A stretch of DNA of 64,000 nt from an uncultured Erysipelotrichaceae bacterium (GTDB lineage Bacteria > Bacillota_I > Bacilli_A > RF39 > UBA660). The position numbers were made by a program, and so were the translations under genes. The notes beneath the pieces are model-generated. The model worked only from the letters and a program-made list of their open reading frames with translations. It did not search any database and had not been told where the DNA came from. Where the stretch lies: the NCBI GenBank assembly GCA_902764545.1, contig CACWWC010000008.1:9191-73190 (forward strand), given 5' to 3'. Positions 38,255 to 48,409 of this stretch are shown here, one piece after another; within the stretch, counting starts at the first letter, position 1; each line of letters begins with the position of its first letter.

Positions 38255-39675
38255 TGTCAGAATATATACCTACAATAGGTGTAGAAGTACATTTGGAGTT
38301 AAAAACAAATACCAAAATATTTTCAGACTCAATAAATGGTTATGGTGAAATGGCAAATTCACTAACTAACGTTATTGATTTGGGTTACCCAGGGACATTA
38401 CCAACTTTAAATGAAGAAGTAATTAATTTAGCAATTAGAGCAGCTACGGTATTAAATTGTAAAATAAGAAAAACTATGCACTTTGATAGGAAAAATTACT
38501 TTTATCCCGATATCCCAAAGAATTATCAAATTACCCAAGCAAGAACCCCAATTGGATATGACGGATATGTAGAAATAGAAGTAGGTGGAGAAAAGAAAAA
38601 AGTATTTATTGAAGAAATGCATATAGAGGAAGATACATGTAAAAGTGCACATAGAGGAACAAAAACACTTCTTGACTTTAATAGAGCAGGTGTTCCACTA
38701 ATTGAAATAGTAACAAAACCTTGTATGAAAAGTGGCGAAGAAGCAAAAGCATATTTAGAAAAACTAAAGGAAATTATGTACTACTGTGATATAAGTGATT
38801 GTAAAATCGAAGAAGGATCAATGAGAGCAGATACAAATGTTTCAATAAGAAAGAATGAAAGTGATCCTTTTGGTACAAAAGCAGAAATAAAAAATATTGG
38901 ATCGATTTCAAATGTTGGAAAAGCAATTGAGAAAGAAATCGAAAGACAGGCAAAATTATATGATAACAACGAAACTTTTAAGCCACAAACAAGAAGATTT
39001 GATGATAAATTACAAGATACTGTATTAATGCGAATAAAAGAAACAGGCAACGACTATAGATATTTTCCAGAACCTGATATTCCATATGTCATATTAACAG
39101 ATGAGATAATTGAAGAAGCAAGAAAAAAAATACCAATGTTACCAGATGAAAGGAAAAAAATCTATGTTGAAAAAGGAGTATCAGAGTTAAACGCAAAAAA
39201 ATTGATTCAAAACAGATCGCTAAGTGATTATTTTAATACATTATTAGAAGAATCAATTAATTTTAAAATTGCAAGCAATATGCTATTAGGTGATATTTCC
39301 GCTTATTTGAATAAATATGAGAAAACGATTTCAGAGACAACACTAACACAAGAAAGATTTATCGAATTAGTAAAGTCATATGAGGATAATATTATAACTA
39401 GTAAAAATCTAAAAGATATCTTAGAAATAGTTTTAGAAAGTGATAAATCCATAAAAGAAATAATTAAGGAACAAGGTATAGAAAATATTAGCGATGATAA
39501 AGAAATAAGGCAACTAATAAAAAGGATAATTGAAGAAAACAAGGAGAGTGTAGAGGACTATAAAGCAGGGCATGATAGAGCAATAAAATATTTAATGGGA
39601 CAAGTAATGAAAGAGACAAAAGGAAAAGCTAATCCTCGAATTGCAAACGAAATATTGGTAAGTGAATTAAAATAA
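38254..39675 (+). CDS. gatB: Asp/Glu-tRNA amidotransferase subunit B
   Basis: ATGA overlap with gatA. IGVEVHLELKT, FDRKNYFYPD, HIEEDTCKS, RADTNVS, C-terminal GatB/YqeY domain. Confidence 0.95.
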   Translation: MSEYIPTIGVEVHLELKTNTKIFSDSINGYGEMANSLTNVIDLGYPGTLPTLNEEVINLAIRAATVLNCKIRKTMHFDRKNYFYPDIPKNYQITQARTPIGYDGYVEIEVGGEKKKVFIEEMHIEEDTCKSAHRGTKTLLDFNRAGVPLIEIVTKPCMKSGEEAKAYLEKLKEIMYYCDISDCKIEEGSMRADTNVSIRKNESDPFGTKAEIKNIGSISNVGKAIEKEIERQAKLYDNNETFKPQTRRFDDKLQDTVLMRIKETGNDYRYFPEPDIPYVILTDEIIEEARKKIPMLPDERKKIYVEKGVSELNAKKLIQNRSLSDYFNTLLEESINFKIASNMLLGDISAYLNKYEKTISETTLTQERFIELVKSYEDNIITSKNLKDILEIVLESDKSIKEIIKEQGIENISDDKEIRQLIKRIIEENKESVEDYKAGHDRAIKYLMGQVMKETKGKANPRIANEILVSELK

Positions 39676-39681
39676 TCAAAG

Positions 39682-39710
39682 TTGAAAATAGACAACATAT
39701 AGTGTATAAT
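39682..39710 (+). promoter_or_regulatory. sigma-A type promoter
   Basis: TTGAAA (39682-39687), 17-nt spacer ending TG, TATAAT (39705-39710). Confidence 0.6.
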
Positions 39711-39739
39711 AAATTATATTAGGATGTGAGGATATAATT

Positions 39740-40204
39740 ATGAAGTTTATTAAATATGCAAAGAAAAATTCAAGTGCAGTTATAGGAATATCAGTTTTTG
39801 TTCTAGTTATAGTTGCATTATTATTAATAAAAAACTTATTTATGTTTGATGAATCTCAAGCAATATATGGAACCAGACTAGAAGGAATAGACAAAGTTAA
39901 AGTTATGGATAATCAAAAAAAGGACGTTCAAGAAAAGCTTCGCGATTCGACAAAAAAAGTAAGTGTAAGAGTCGCTGGAAAAACTATTCAAATAAATATA
40001 ACAACCAATGAAGATGTATCTATTGATACCGCAAAAGAATTGGGAAATAAATCATTAGAAGCATTTACTGAAGAACAAAAAAAATATTATGATATACAAA
40101 TTTTTATTCAAAATAAAGGTAATGAAGAACAATTCCCAATAATAGGATATAAACAACATACACGAGATGGAATAACATGGACAAAGGATAGAGCGGGGAA
40201 TTAG
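39740..40204 (+). CDS. Membrane-anchored extracytoplasmic protein, unknown function
   Basis: GTGAGGA RBS, single N-terminal TM helix, 154 aa, 2 nt before the next gene. Confidence 0.55.
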   Translation: MKFIKYAKKNSSAVIGISVFVLVIVALLLIKNLFMFDESQAIYGTRLEGIDKVKVMDNQKKDVQEKLRDSTKKVSVRVAGKTIQINITTNEDVSIDTAKELGNKSLEAFTEEQKKYYDIQIFIQNKGNEEQFPIIGYKQHTRDGITWTKDRAGN

Positions 40205-40206
40205 AC

Positions 40207-42249
40207 ATGAAAAGAAGATTATTAATATCATTACCAATAATTATCGCAATAGTTGCTTTTATCTTTGTTTATAAATATTATAATAAAGAAGATAAAACCA
40301 CGACATTAACAGTAACAGAAAAAAGATGGGTAGAGGATAATAAAGACAAAGAATTTGATTTTGAAGTAGTTAATGACTATCCATTGTATGGATTAAATGG
40401 AACAGGAGTAATTTTTGACTTTATTGATGACTTTGAAAAAAATATAGGTATTGAATTTAACAAAATATCATATCTTAAAACACAAGACTCTACATCAACA
40501 AGTTATAGAATAAGAATATTAAATAATGATGAAAGACTAACATCAAAAGACTTATTTTTATTTAATGATAATTATGTCGCAATAGGTAAAACACATGAAA
40601 GAATTAATCACATCAAAGATATGAAAAATATTAAATTTGGAGTTTTAACAGAAGATGAACAAGAAGTAAGTTTCTACCTAAAGAGTGGCACTAATATATC
40701 ATTTACGACATATGAGGATATTACAAAACTATATAGCGCTTTAGATAATTCCGAAGTAAATATGATTATTGTTCCAAACATAATGTATTTAGACTATACA
40801 ATAAAAAAAGACACATATTTTATAAATTATTATTTTACAGAAATTAACAAACAAATAGTCTTAACATTAAGTGATGGAGATAAGGAGTTAAATAAAATTG
40901 TTGAGAAATATTATAATAAATGGAAACTAACTAAATACATAGAAGAGTACAATAATGAATATTTGAATTATTATTTGGAAAATAATACTTTAAGCGCAAA
41001 GCAAAAAGCACGACTAATATCAAAGAATTATGTATATGGATATATAGAAAATGAACCTTATGAAAAAAAGGTTAATGGAAAAGTTGTAGGTATAGCAGGA
41101 GAATATATTAACAGAATTTCAAGACTTACAGATATTAATTTTAAGTATAAAAAATATAGCAACATAAAAGAATTTGAAAAGGCAATTGATAAAGGTGAGA
41201 TTGATTTATATTTTGATTATTATAATTATTCTAGTGATAATTATTTAGCAACCGTATCAACTTTTATTGAAGATTATTCAGTATTAGGCAGACAAAAAGA
41301 TAATCATATTATAACTTCATTTGAGAGTTTAAAAGGAAAAAAGATTGCCATGCTAGCAAATGACTCACTATATAATTATTTTAAAAACAATTCAAGAGCA
41401 AACATTAAAACATACAATAATCTAGATGAGCTGGTAAAAAAAGCCAAAGAAAGATTAATTGTAGTTGACAGTGAAATATATTCTCACTATCAAAATAATA
41501 AATTTGCCAAATTAAAATTATTGTATAAAGATAATATGATGAATGATTATAAATTCATGATTAAAAATAATAACCAAGCATTCTATGATTTATTTAATTA
41601 CATAATAAATACAAATTCATATTATAATTATAGAAACTCAGGTATTGCAAATTTACATGCATCAATAGTAGAAGACTCAACATTAGAACAGGTATATATA
41701 ATAGTGTTAATAATTATATTTACACCATTGATACTAATTGGAATCTTCTATCTATTTATAAAGAAAAAGAAACAAAAAAAGAAAGTAAAAATAACAGATA
41801 GACATAAATATACAGACATGTTAACTTCTCTAAAGAATAGAAATTATCTTAATCTTAAAATGCCAGAATGGGAAGATTGTGAAGTATTCCCACAGGCAAT
41901 AGTAATGGTAGATTTAAATAATATAAAATATGTTAATGATAATTATGGACACGAAGAGGGAGACCAACTAATCATTAAAGCTGCAGGTATACTTGTAAAT
42001 ACTCAACTAGAAAATAGTGAAATAATTAGAACTGACGGAAATGAATTCTTAATATACCTAGTAGGGTATAGTAATAGACAATTAAATACATACACTAAGA
42101 AACTTTCTAAAGAGATGAAAAATCTGCCACATCAATTTGGCGCAGCAATAGGGTATAGTATGATAATGGATGAAATAAAAACCTTAGATGATGCAATAAA
42201 TGAAGCAACATTGGAAATGTTGACGAATAAAGAGGAGTATAAAAAATAG
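40207..42249 (+). CDS. Membrane sensor with two extracytoplasmic solute-binding-like domains and a degenerate GGDEF domain
   Basis: N-terminal TM helix, about 480-aa ectodomain, second TM helix. DMLTSLKNRNYL, and RTDGNEFLIY in place of GG(D/E)EF. Confidence 0.7.
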   Translation: MKRRLLISLPIIIAIVAFIFVYKYYNKEDKTTTLTVTEKRWVEDNKDKEFDFEVVNDYPLYGLNGTGVIFDFIDDFEKNIGIEFNKISYLKTQDSTSTSYRIRILNNDERLTSKDLFLFNDNYVAIGKTHERINHIKDMKNIKFGVLTEDEQEVSFYLKSGTNISFTTYEDITKLYSALDNSEVNMIIVPNIMYLDYTIKKDTYFINYYFTEINKQIVLTLSDGDKELNKIVEKYYNKWKLTKYIEEYNNEYLNYYLENNTLSAKQKARLISKNYVYGYIENEPYEKKVNGKVVGIAGEYINRISRLTDINFKYKKYSNIKEFEKAIDKGEIDLYFDYYNYSSDNYLATVSTFIEDYSVLGRQKDNHIITSFESLKGKKIAMLANDSLYNYFKNNSRANIKTYNNLDELVKKAKERLIVVDSEIYSHYQNNKFAKLKLLYKDNMMNDYKFMIKNNNQAFYDLFNYIINTNSYYNYRNSGIANLHASIVEDSTLEQVYIIVLIIIFTPLILIGIFYLFIKKKKQKKKVKITDRHKYTDMLTSLKNRNYLNLKMPEWEDCEVFPQAIVMVDLNNIKYVNDNYGHEEGDQLIIKAAGILVNTQLENSEIIRTDGNEFLIYLVGYSNRQLNTYTKKLSKEMKNLPHQFGAAIGYSMIMDEIKTLDDAINEATLEMLTNKEEYKK

Positions 42250-42256
42250 GTGAAAT

Positions 42257-43087
42257 ATGGAAAAGGCAAGAAAAGTATTATTAAAAATAATGAAATATTT
42301 AATGAAACCAGAAATGCGAATACTACCAGGACAACTTGCCTTTTTTTTAGTAATGTCAATGATACCATTATTAGCAATGATTGCTACAATGGCTGCGGCA
42401 CTATCAATATCAACAGATTCTATTAGAATAGCTATAAGTCAATCAATTCCAAAAGAAATTGCTGAATTATTAAATGGAATTGTACAACGAGGAGGAATTA
42501 ACTTTAATATTGTAATTTTCTATTTTTCCGCATTTTTACTAGCAAGTAATGGTACATTTTCTATGATCAATACATCAAACGAGATTTACAAAGTAAAACC
42601 AAGAAACATTCTTAGTAGAAGAATAAAAGCCATAGTTATGATTTTTATATTGATGTGCTTATTTTTATTCTTAATAGTAGTACCAGTTTTTGGAACAACA
42701 ATTTCAGATATTATTATTCAAGCGACGGGAGATACTAAAGCAGTATTATTAGTAGGTAAGATATTATCAATTTTAAAGTATCCATTAATAATAATTGTAT
42801 TATTTATAAATATTAAATTAATGTACATTATAGCTCCAGATGAAGTAATCCCATCAAAAACAACGAATAAAGGAGCCGTTTTTACGACAGTTCTCTGGGT
42901 ATTATCTACAGAAATATTTGCGTTTTATATTGGGAAATTTGCATCATATGATATATTTTATGGAAGTATTTCTAATATTTTAGTATTACTATTATGGGTT
43001 TATCTATTGTCATATATATTTGTACTAGGAATGATAATAAATGCAAGTTCATATAAAGGAGATAATAATGAAGAACTAACTCAATAG
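42257..43087 (+). CDS. YihY/BrkB (ribonuclease BN-like) family membrane protein
   Basis: MRILPGQLAFFLVMSMIPLL N-terminal signature and about 6 TM helices. Confidence 0.7.
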   Translation: MEKARKVLLKIMKYLMKPEMRILPGQLAFFLVMSMIPLLAMIATMAAALSISTDSIRIAISQSIPKEIAELLNGIVQRGGINFNIVIFYFSAFLLASNGTFSMINTSNEIYKVKPRNILSRRIKAIVMIFILMCLFLFLIVVPVFGTTISDIIIQATGDTKAVLLVGKILSILKYPLIIIVLFINIKLMYIIAPDEVIPSKTTNKGAVFTTVLWVLSTEIFAFYIGKFASYDIFYGSISNILVLLLWVYLLSYIFVLGMIINASSYKGDNNEELTQ

Positions 43088-43163
43088 TTCTTTTTTTGTG
43101 GTCATAGAATCATCTTAAGAAGAAAAGTACCAAGTCAAATATAATTACCAATCACTACACTGG

Positions 43164-43192
43164 TTGAAAATATGTACATAAAATGATATAAT
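43164..43192 (+). promoter_or_regulatory. sigma-A type promoter
   Basis: TTGAAA (43164-43169), 17-nt spacer, TATAAT (43187-43192). Confidence 0.6.
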
Positions 43193-43212
43193 CTAACAAG
43201 TGAGGTATAAAA

Positions 43213-45279
43213 ATGAAAATAATAAAAAATACGTTTCAGAAGCAAGTAAAAAAGATTAAAAAACAGCTTAAGATAATAAAAGAAGAACATATAATAAGCC
43301 AATTTTGTCAAAATAATCTTTTATTACTAACATTCATAATAACGAGTGTAATAAATTCAACAATATTACGATTCTTTTGTATGAACTCTATAGAAAATTA
43401 TTTATCAATAAAAGCGATATTAGCCGACTTAATTGTTACCACTTTTATTGGATCATTTTCATTTCTTTTTAAACCAAAAAATCGTTTTACATATTTATTA
43501 TCTTTTAATATATTTTTAACACTAATATGTATTATTAATTCAGTTTACTATACATTTTATACATCCTTTGCCTCAGTATCAATGTTATCACTAACGCAGT
43601 ACATAAGTGACGTAGGAGACGCTGTTGTAGAAAACGTTATTCAATTAAAAGATATGATCTATATAATCGGACCAATTGCTCTTATAATAGTTTACTTACG
43701 TCTAAAGAAAAAGAATCATAGAAAAATTGATATTAAATCTGAGAGAAAGAGAAAAACACTAAAAAGTTTAGGATTTACAGGGATATTATTATTGATTTAT
43801 TTAGTAACAATGAATTCATTAGATGTATCTCGATTTATGAAACAATGGAATAAAGAATATATAGTAATGAGATTTGGAATTTATGTATATCAGGCAAACG
43901 ATGTAGTAACATCACTTCAACCAAAGATAAGTTCAATGTTTGGTTATGATAAGGCAAATAAGGAATTCAATGATTATTTTGCAAATATATCAAATGAGCC
44001 AGAAACAAATGAATATACAGATTTATTTAAAGATAAGAATGTTATAGTTATTCATGCAGAAAGCATGATGGAAAATGCTATGAGATTATCATTTAATAAT
44101 CAAGAAGTTACACCAAATTTAAATAAACTAGCTAGTGAGGGAATGTTTTTTTCAAACTTTTACTCACAGGTAAGTGTTGGAACAAGTAGTGATTCAGAAT
44201 TAACATCAACAACATCTCTTTTACCAACAAAATCAGGAACAGCATTTGTATCATATTCAAATAGAACATATATTTCTATACCAAAATTATTAAAGGAAAA
44301 AGGATATTATACATTTAGTATGCACGCCAATAACGCAGATTTCTGGAATAGAAGAAAAATGTATGAAAGTATAGGATATGATAGATTCTATAGTAAAGTA
44401 GACTATAAAATTGATAAAGAAAACATAATCGGTCTAGGACTATCCGATAAGGAATTCTTTGCACAATCAGTCGAAAAATTAGAGAAAATTAATAAGGAAC
44501 ATGATAAATGGTATGGATTGTTTATTATGCTATCAAATCACACCCCATTTTCTGATGTTGAAAAATATGGCGAATTTCCAACTGATATAAAAGAGACGAT
44601 AGTAGAAGAAGACGGAACAGAAAAAGAAGTTGTTTATCCATATATGGAAGGAACAAAACTTGGTAATTATTTTAAATCACTACACTACGCAGATAGTGCT
44701 TTAGGTGAATTTATAGATGAATTAAACGAAGCAGGATTATTAGATAATAGTATTGTAGTATTATATGGAGACCATGATGCAAGATTACCAAGAAAGGATT
44801 ATAATAGACTATATAATTATGATAAAGAAAATGACACAATTTTAGATGAAACTCATGAAAATTATAAAGAATATGATTCTTACCAATATGAGTTAGGCAG
44901 AAAAGTACCATTCCTAATTTGGACAAAAGACATGGCTGGAACAAAATTAAATATGAAGATAGAAGATACTATGGGAATGTATGATGTAATGCCTACATTG
45001 GGGAATATGTTAGGATTTTATAATAAATACGCACTAGGACATGATATTTTCAATACAAGAGAAAATAATATTGTAGTCTTTCCTAATGGTAATTGGGTTA
45101 ATAATAAAATGTATTATAATAGTCAAAAATCGGCATACTTATCTTTAGTAGAAGAGCCAATAACAGAAGAAGAAATATCTAATAATACAGAATATGCTAA
45201 TAAGCTATTGGATGTTTCAAATAATATAATTACATTTGATTTATTTAATCCAGAAAAAAATTTAACATTAAATAAATAG
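43213..45279 (+). CDS. Lipoteichoic acid synthase family protein (LtaS/YfnI-like; 5 TM helices plus sulfatase-fold ectodomain)
   Basis: Five N-terminal TM helices. VIVIHAESM, GTSSDSE, SNHTPF, LYGDHD are sulfatase/phosphoglycerol-transferase motifs. Confidence 0.8.
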   Translation: MKIIKNTFQKQVKKIKKQLKIIKEEHIISQFCQNNLLLLTFIITSVINSTILRFFCMNSIENYLSIKAILADLIVTTFIGSFSFLFKPKNRFTYLLSFNIFLTLICIINSVYYTFYTSFASVSMLSLTQYISDVGDAVVENVIQLKDMIYIIGPIALIIVYLRLKKKNHRKIDIKSERKRKTLKSLGFTGILLLIYLVTMNSLDVSRFMKQWNKEYIVMRFGIYVYQANDVVTSLQPKISSMFGYDKANKEFNDYFANISNEPETNEYTDLFKDKNVIVIHAESMMENAMRLSFNNQEVTPNLNKLASEGMFFSNFYSQVSVGTSSDSELTSTTSLLPTKSGTAFVSYSNRTYISIPKLLKEKGYYTFSMHANNADFWNRRKMYESIGYDRFYSKVDYKIDKENIIGLGLSDKEFFAQSVEKLEKINKEHDKWYGLFIMLSNHTPFSDVEKYGEFPTDIKETIVEEDGTEKEVVYPYMEGTKLGNYFKSLHYADSALGEFIDELNEAGLLDNSIVVLYGDHDARLPRKDYNRLYNYDKENDTILDETHENYKEYDSYQYELGRKVPFLIWTKDMAGTKLNMKIEDTMGMYDVMPTLGNMLGFYNKYALGHDIFNTRENNIVVFPNGNWVNNKMYYNSQKSAYLSLVEEPITEEEISNNTEYANKLLDVSNNIITFDLFNPEKNLTLNK

Positions 45280-45291
45280 AAAGGAGTTTAA

Positions 45292-45918
45292 ATGAAACTA
45301 AAAAAGAAAGTAAAAAGAAGACTAATAATATTGATAATGTTGTTATTAGTAGCAGTAGGTGGTTTTTTAGCATATAAATATTTATACAATAAGAATGATA
45401 CAAAAGAAGTAAAAGTTGTGGACAACATAAAAAAATATGGTTATACCCTAAAAGAAACAAAACCTGAAAAATATAAAAAAATGTTTGCTGAACTAAAAGA
45501 GATTTTAAATCAAGATAAAGTAGATGAAGAAGCTTATGCCAAACAAATATCTAAAATGTTTATATATGATTTTTATTCATTAAATGACAAAGCAGCAAAA
45601 ACAGATATTGGAGGAGTTGACTTTGTATACTCGGAAACTCTAGAAAACTTCTTAGAAAATGCTCAAAATACATACTATAAATATGTAGAAAGTAATATTT
45701 ATGAAAACAGAAAACAGAAATTACCGGTAGTATCTAATATTGAAGTTAAATCAATAGAACAAAAAACATTTACATATAACGACAAGACAGATGAGAAAGC
45801 ATATTACGTAGAAGTAGAGTGGTCATATTCAGATGAGAGTTATTCAGATTATCAAACAACAGCAACCTTGATATTTATTCATGATGATATAAAATTATGT
45901 TTAGTTGAGTTAGATTAA
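45292..45918 (+). CDS. Membrane-anchored extracytoplasmic protein, unknown function
   Basis: GAAAGGAG RBS, single TM helix, 208 aa, directly downstream of the LtaS-like gene. Confidence 0.55.
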   Translation: MKLKKKVKRRLIILIMLLLVAVGGFLAYKYLYNKNDTKEVKVVDNIKKYGYTLKETKPEKYKKMFAELKEILNQDKVDEEAYAKQISKMFIYDFYSLNDKAAKTDIGGVDFVYSETLENFLENAQNTYYKYVESNIYENRKQKLPVVSNIEVKSIEQKTFTYNDKTDEKAYYVEVEWSYSDESYSDYQTTATLIFIHDDIKLCLVELD

Positions 45919-45934
45919 TGCTAACTCTTTTTTA
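45907..45934 (+). terminator. Rho-independent terminator
   Basis: GAGTTAG-ATTAATG-CTAACTC stem followed by T6. Confidence 0.6.
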
Positions 45935-45977
45935 TTACAATTAGTTTGTGTTATACTAAAACAGTAGGAGAAAAGTT

Positions 45978-47408
45978 ATGGATAATAAAAAAATAAAAAT
46001 AATTGATACCAATAATAAAGAAAAGCATGGATCAAACAGATGTCCACAATGTGGGGCAAGTGATATTACATATAATATTAAAAAAGGGAAATTAATATGT
46101 AATTATTGTTTTACCGAATTTGATAGCCATGAAGTAGCAGGAATAGAAAAAAACATTAACAATTTAAAAGGAGAAACAAGAACAACAGGCACTAAGGATA
46201 TTACTAGTGATAATGATATAGTTACACTAAAATGTAGTGGCTGCGGGGCAGAAGTAGTAATAAATACAAAAGAAGCTGTTAATGCAAGATGTCATTGGTG
46301 TAGGAGTATATTATCAATTAATTCACAAATAGATAATGGAGCTGTACCGGACGTTGTTCTTCCTTTCAAACTAGAAAAAAAACAAGCAGAAGAAAAAATA
46401 GAGGCATTTGTAAAAAAAAGAAGATTTTATTCAAATAATAAATTTAAAAAAGAATTTAAATCAGAAAATGTTATGGGAGTATACTTTCCATATATGTTAG
46501 TCGATGCAAATTGTCATGGAGAGTATACCGGAAGAGCCGGACATGTAGCCAGAGAATATGAAATAGTGACTGGAAAAGATTCAGATGGTAAAGAGAAAAA
46601 AGAAACAGTATATGACATTGATCTATATCAAATAGAAAGAAATTTTGACATAACTATAAATAATTTGTCTATAGAATCTAATAAAGACAAACTAAATAAA
46701 ACAAATAAAGATAAAACAACAAATGTAATTAATGCTATAATGCCATTCGACACAGAAAATTGTATTAAATACGAAGCAAATTACCTTGTTGGTTATACAT
46801 CAGAAAAAAGAGATATTAACATAGGTGACATAGAAGAAAAAGTTGATGCTCAAATAAAGGATATTACTAGATATTCCTTAAATGATGATTTAAAATATTA
46901 TGATAGTGGAGTGGACTGGCAAGACGAAAGACTCGAAATAAAAGGAAAACAGTGGATTTCGGCTTATTTTCCAGTATGGCTATATTCATACCAGGACGAA
47001 AAAAACATTCTACATTACGTAGTTGTTAACGCAAGAACAGGAGAAACCATGGGAAGTATCCCATTAAATAAAACAAAACTAGGAATAATATCAATAATTA
47101 TAGACTTAATAATATTTGCCATAATATTTGCCTTATCATATAATTCAAGTAGTAAAGAAATAATGTTCTTATATTTATTATTAATAGTAGGTCCAATTTA
47201 TTTTTGCACAAAAAGCAATAAATATAGAAACAAACATGCAAGACATGCTTATGAGTTAGAAACAAAAAATACCCTAAAAATTAATAATAGAAAAGACGAC
47301 AAGATAAGAACTTTAAGAGAAGAATCGTTCAGAACATTGACAGGTGCTAATAATTACATTATTAATGGTGAAAAAATAAGTATAAAGGAAAAAATACCAA
47401 AAGAGTAG
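45978..47408 (+). CDS. Double zinc-ribbon protein with C-terminal TM helices, unknown function
   Basis: CPQCG...CNYC and CSGCG...CHWC Cys4 pairs. Two hydrophobic helices near the C-terminus. Confidence 0.55.
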   Translation: MDNKKIKIIDTNNKEKHGSNRCPQCGASDITYNIKKGKLICNYCFTEFDSHEVAGIEKNINNLKGETRTTGTKDITSDNDIVTLKCSGCGAEVVINTKEAVNARCHWCRSILSINSQIDNGAVPDVVLPFKLEKKQAEEKIEAFVKKRRFYSNNKFKKEFKSENVMGVYFPYMLVDANCHGEYTGRAGHVAREYEIVTGKDSDGKEKKETVYDIDLYQIERNFDITINNLSIESNKDKLNKTNKDKTTNVINAIMPFDTENCIKYEANYLVGYTSEKRDINIGDIEEKVDAQIKDITRYSLNDDLKYYDSGVDWQDERLEIKGKQWISAYFPVWLYSYQDEKNILHYVVVNARTGETMGSIPLNKTKLGIISIIIDLIIFAIIFALSYNSSSKEIMFLYLLLIVGPIYFCTKSNKYRNKHARHAYELETKNTLKINNRKDDKIRTLREESFRTLTGANNYIINGEKISIKEKIPKE

Positions 47409-47447
47409 GCATATATAACTAGAATCAGACTATCCAGATTATAATAT

Positions 47448-47476
47448 TTGAAAAAGAAATAATAATATGATATAAT
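47448..47476 (+). promoter_or_regulatory. sigma-A type promoter
   Basis: TTGAAA (47448-47453), 17-nt spacer, TATAAT (47471-47476). Confidence 0.6.
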
Positions 47477-47501
47477 AACTGCTAAATTTGAGGGGGATAA
47501 T

Positions 47502-48362
47502 ATGTACATTTATAGAGTTGTTCCTAATAGTGCAGTAAGTCATGTTACATCAAATATTGCATTAACAGATAGAGCATTTGTTGGGGCGGAAGATATTTAT
47601 TATAACTTGGGATATACATCTTTCATCAAAGAAAAAAATTGTAAAAATAAAAATTGGAATAGCACAATAAATACATTAAATACAAGTGGAAGTGGAAAAT
47701 ATTTCTTTTTATTTCCTGAGGACGCCATTATACATTCACATGACATTATAAATTCATTTGGTCAAAAAAGAGGATGCACCTTCTCTCTTTTAGTGTATGA
47801 CGTTCCAGTTGATATTGTTTTAAGCAATATTGGGTATGGGATTTATGGAGAAGATGGAGACCAGAAACTAGTAGAGACTTTTATAAGTATAGACAAGTTT
47901 GGTAATAGTATACTTGATAGTTCAATTATTGATGAAAAAACAAAACTAAAAGAACTTATAAAAGTATTTAAGACTATTTTTCATAAAGAGCGATTATATA
48001 TGGAATATAATTCTCCAACACTTTGTGATTACATGTTTGAATTAAATGATTTTGATTTACCATCACACATAGATGATGATGAATATATGGAAAGTTTAAT
48101 AAAACATAGTAGGTTATACAATAACTTACAAATATGTAATGGAAGAATAGTAAAAAGCGGTTATATTATAAATAAAAATATGCCTATTAATTCATATGAA
48201 AATGTTCACTATTTATGTAAAGACGAATTAGATATAACAGATATTTTAAGTGAAAATAATTTTAGGCCTACTTTATATAGTGAAATAGAAAAAAGAGAAA
48301 TATTAGAATTACTTAATAAGTCTGATATTGAAAGGAATAAAATTAAGTCACTATTAAAATAA
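47502..48362 (+). CDS. Hypothetical cytoplasmic protein
   Basis: GAGGGGGA RBS, 286 aa, no recognisable motif. Confidence 0.5.
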   Translation: MYIYRVVPNSAVSHVTSNIALTDRAFVGAEDIYYNLGYTSFIKEKNCKNKNWNSTINTLNTSGSGKYFFLFPEDAIIHSHDIINSFGQKRGCTFSLLVYDVPVDIVLSNIGYGIYGEDGDQKLVETFISIDKFGNSILDSSIIDEKTKLKELIKVFKTIFHKERLYMEYNSPTLCDYMFELNDFDLPSHIDDDEYMESLIKHSRLYNNLQICNGRIVKSGYIINKNMPINSYENVHYLCKDELDITDILSENNFRPTLYSEIEKREILELLNKSDIERNKIKSLLK

Positions 48363-48363
48363 C

Positions 48364-48409
48364 TTAAAAAAAACATATATGTCAAAATACAGACATATAT
48401 GTTTTTTTA
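48364..48409. terminator. Bidirectional rho-independent terminator between convergent genes
   Basis: ACATATATGTC-AAAATACA-GACATATATGT 11-bp stem, flanked by an A-run upstream and a T-run downstream. Confidence 0.85.
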
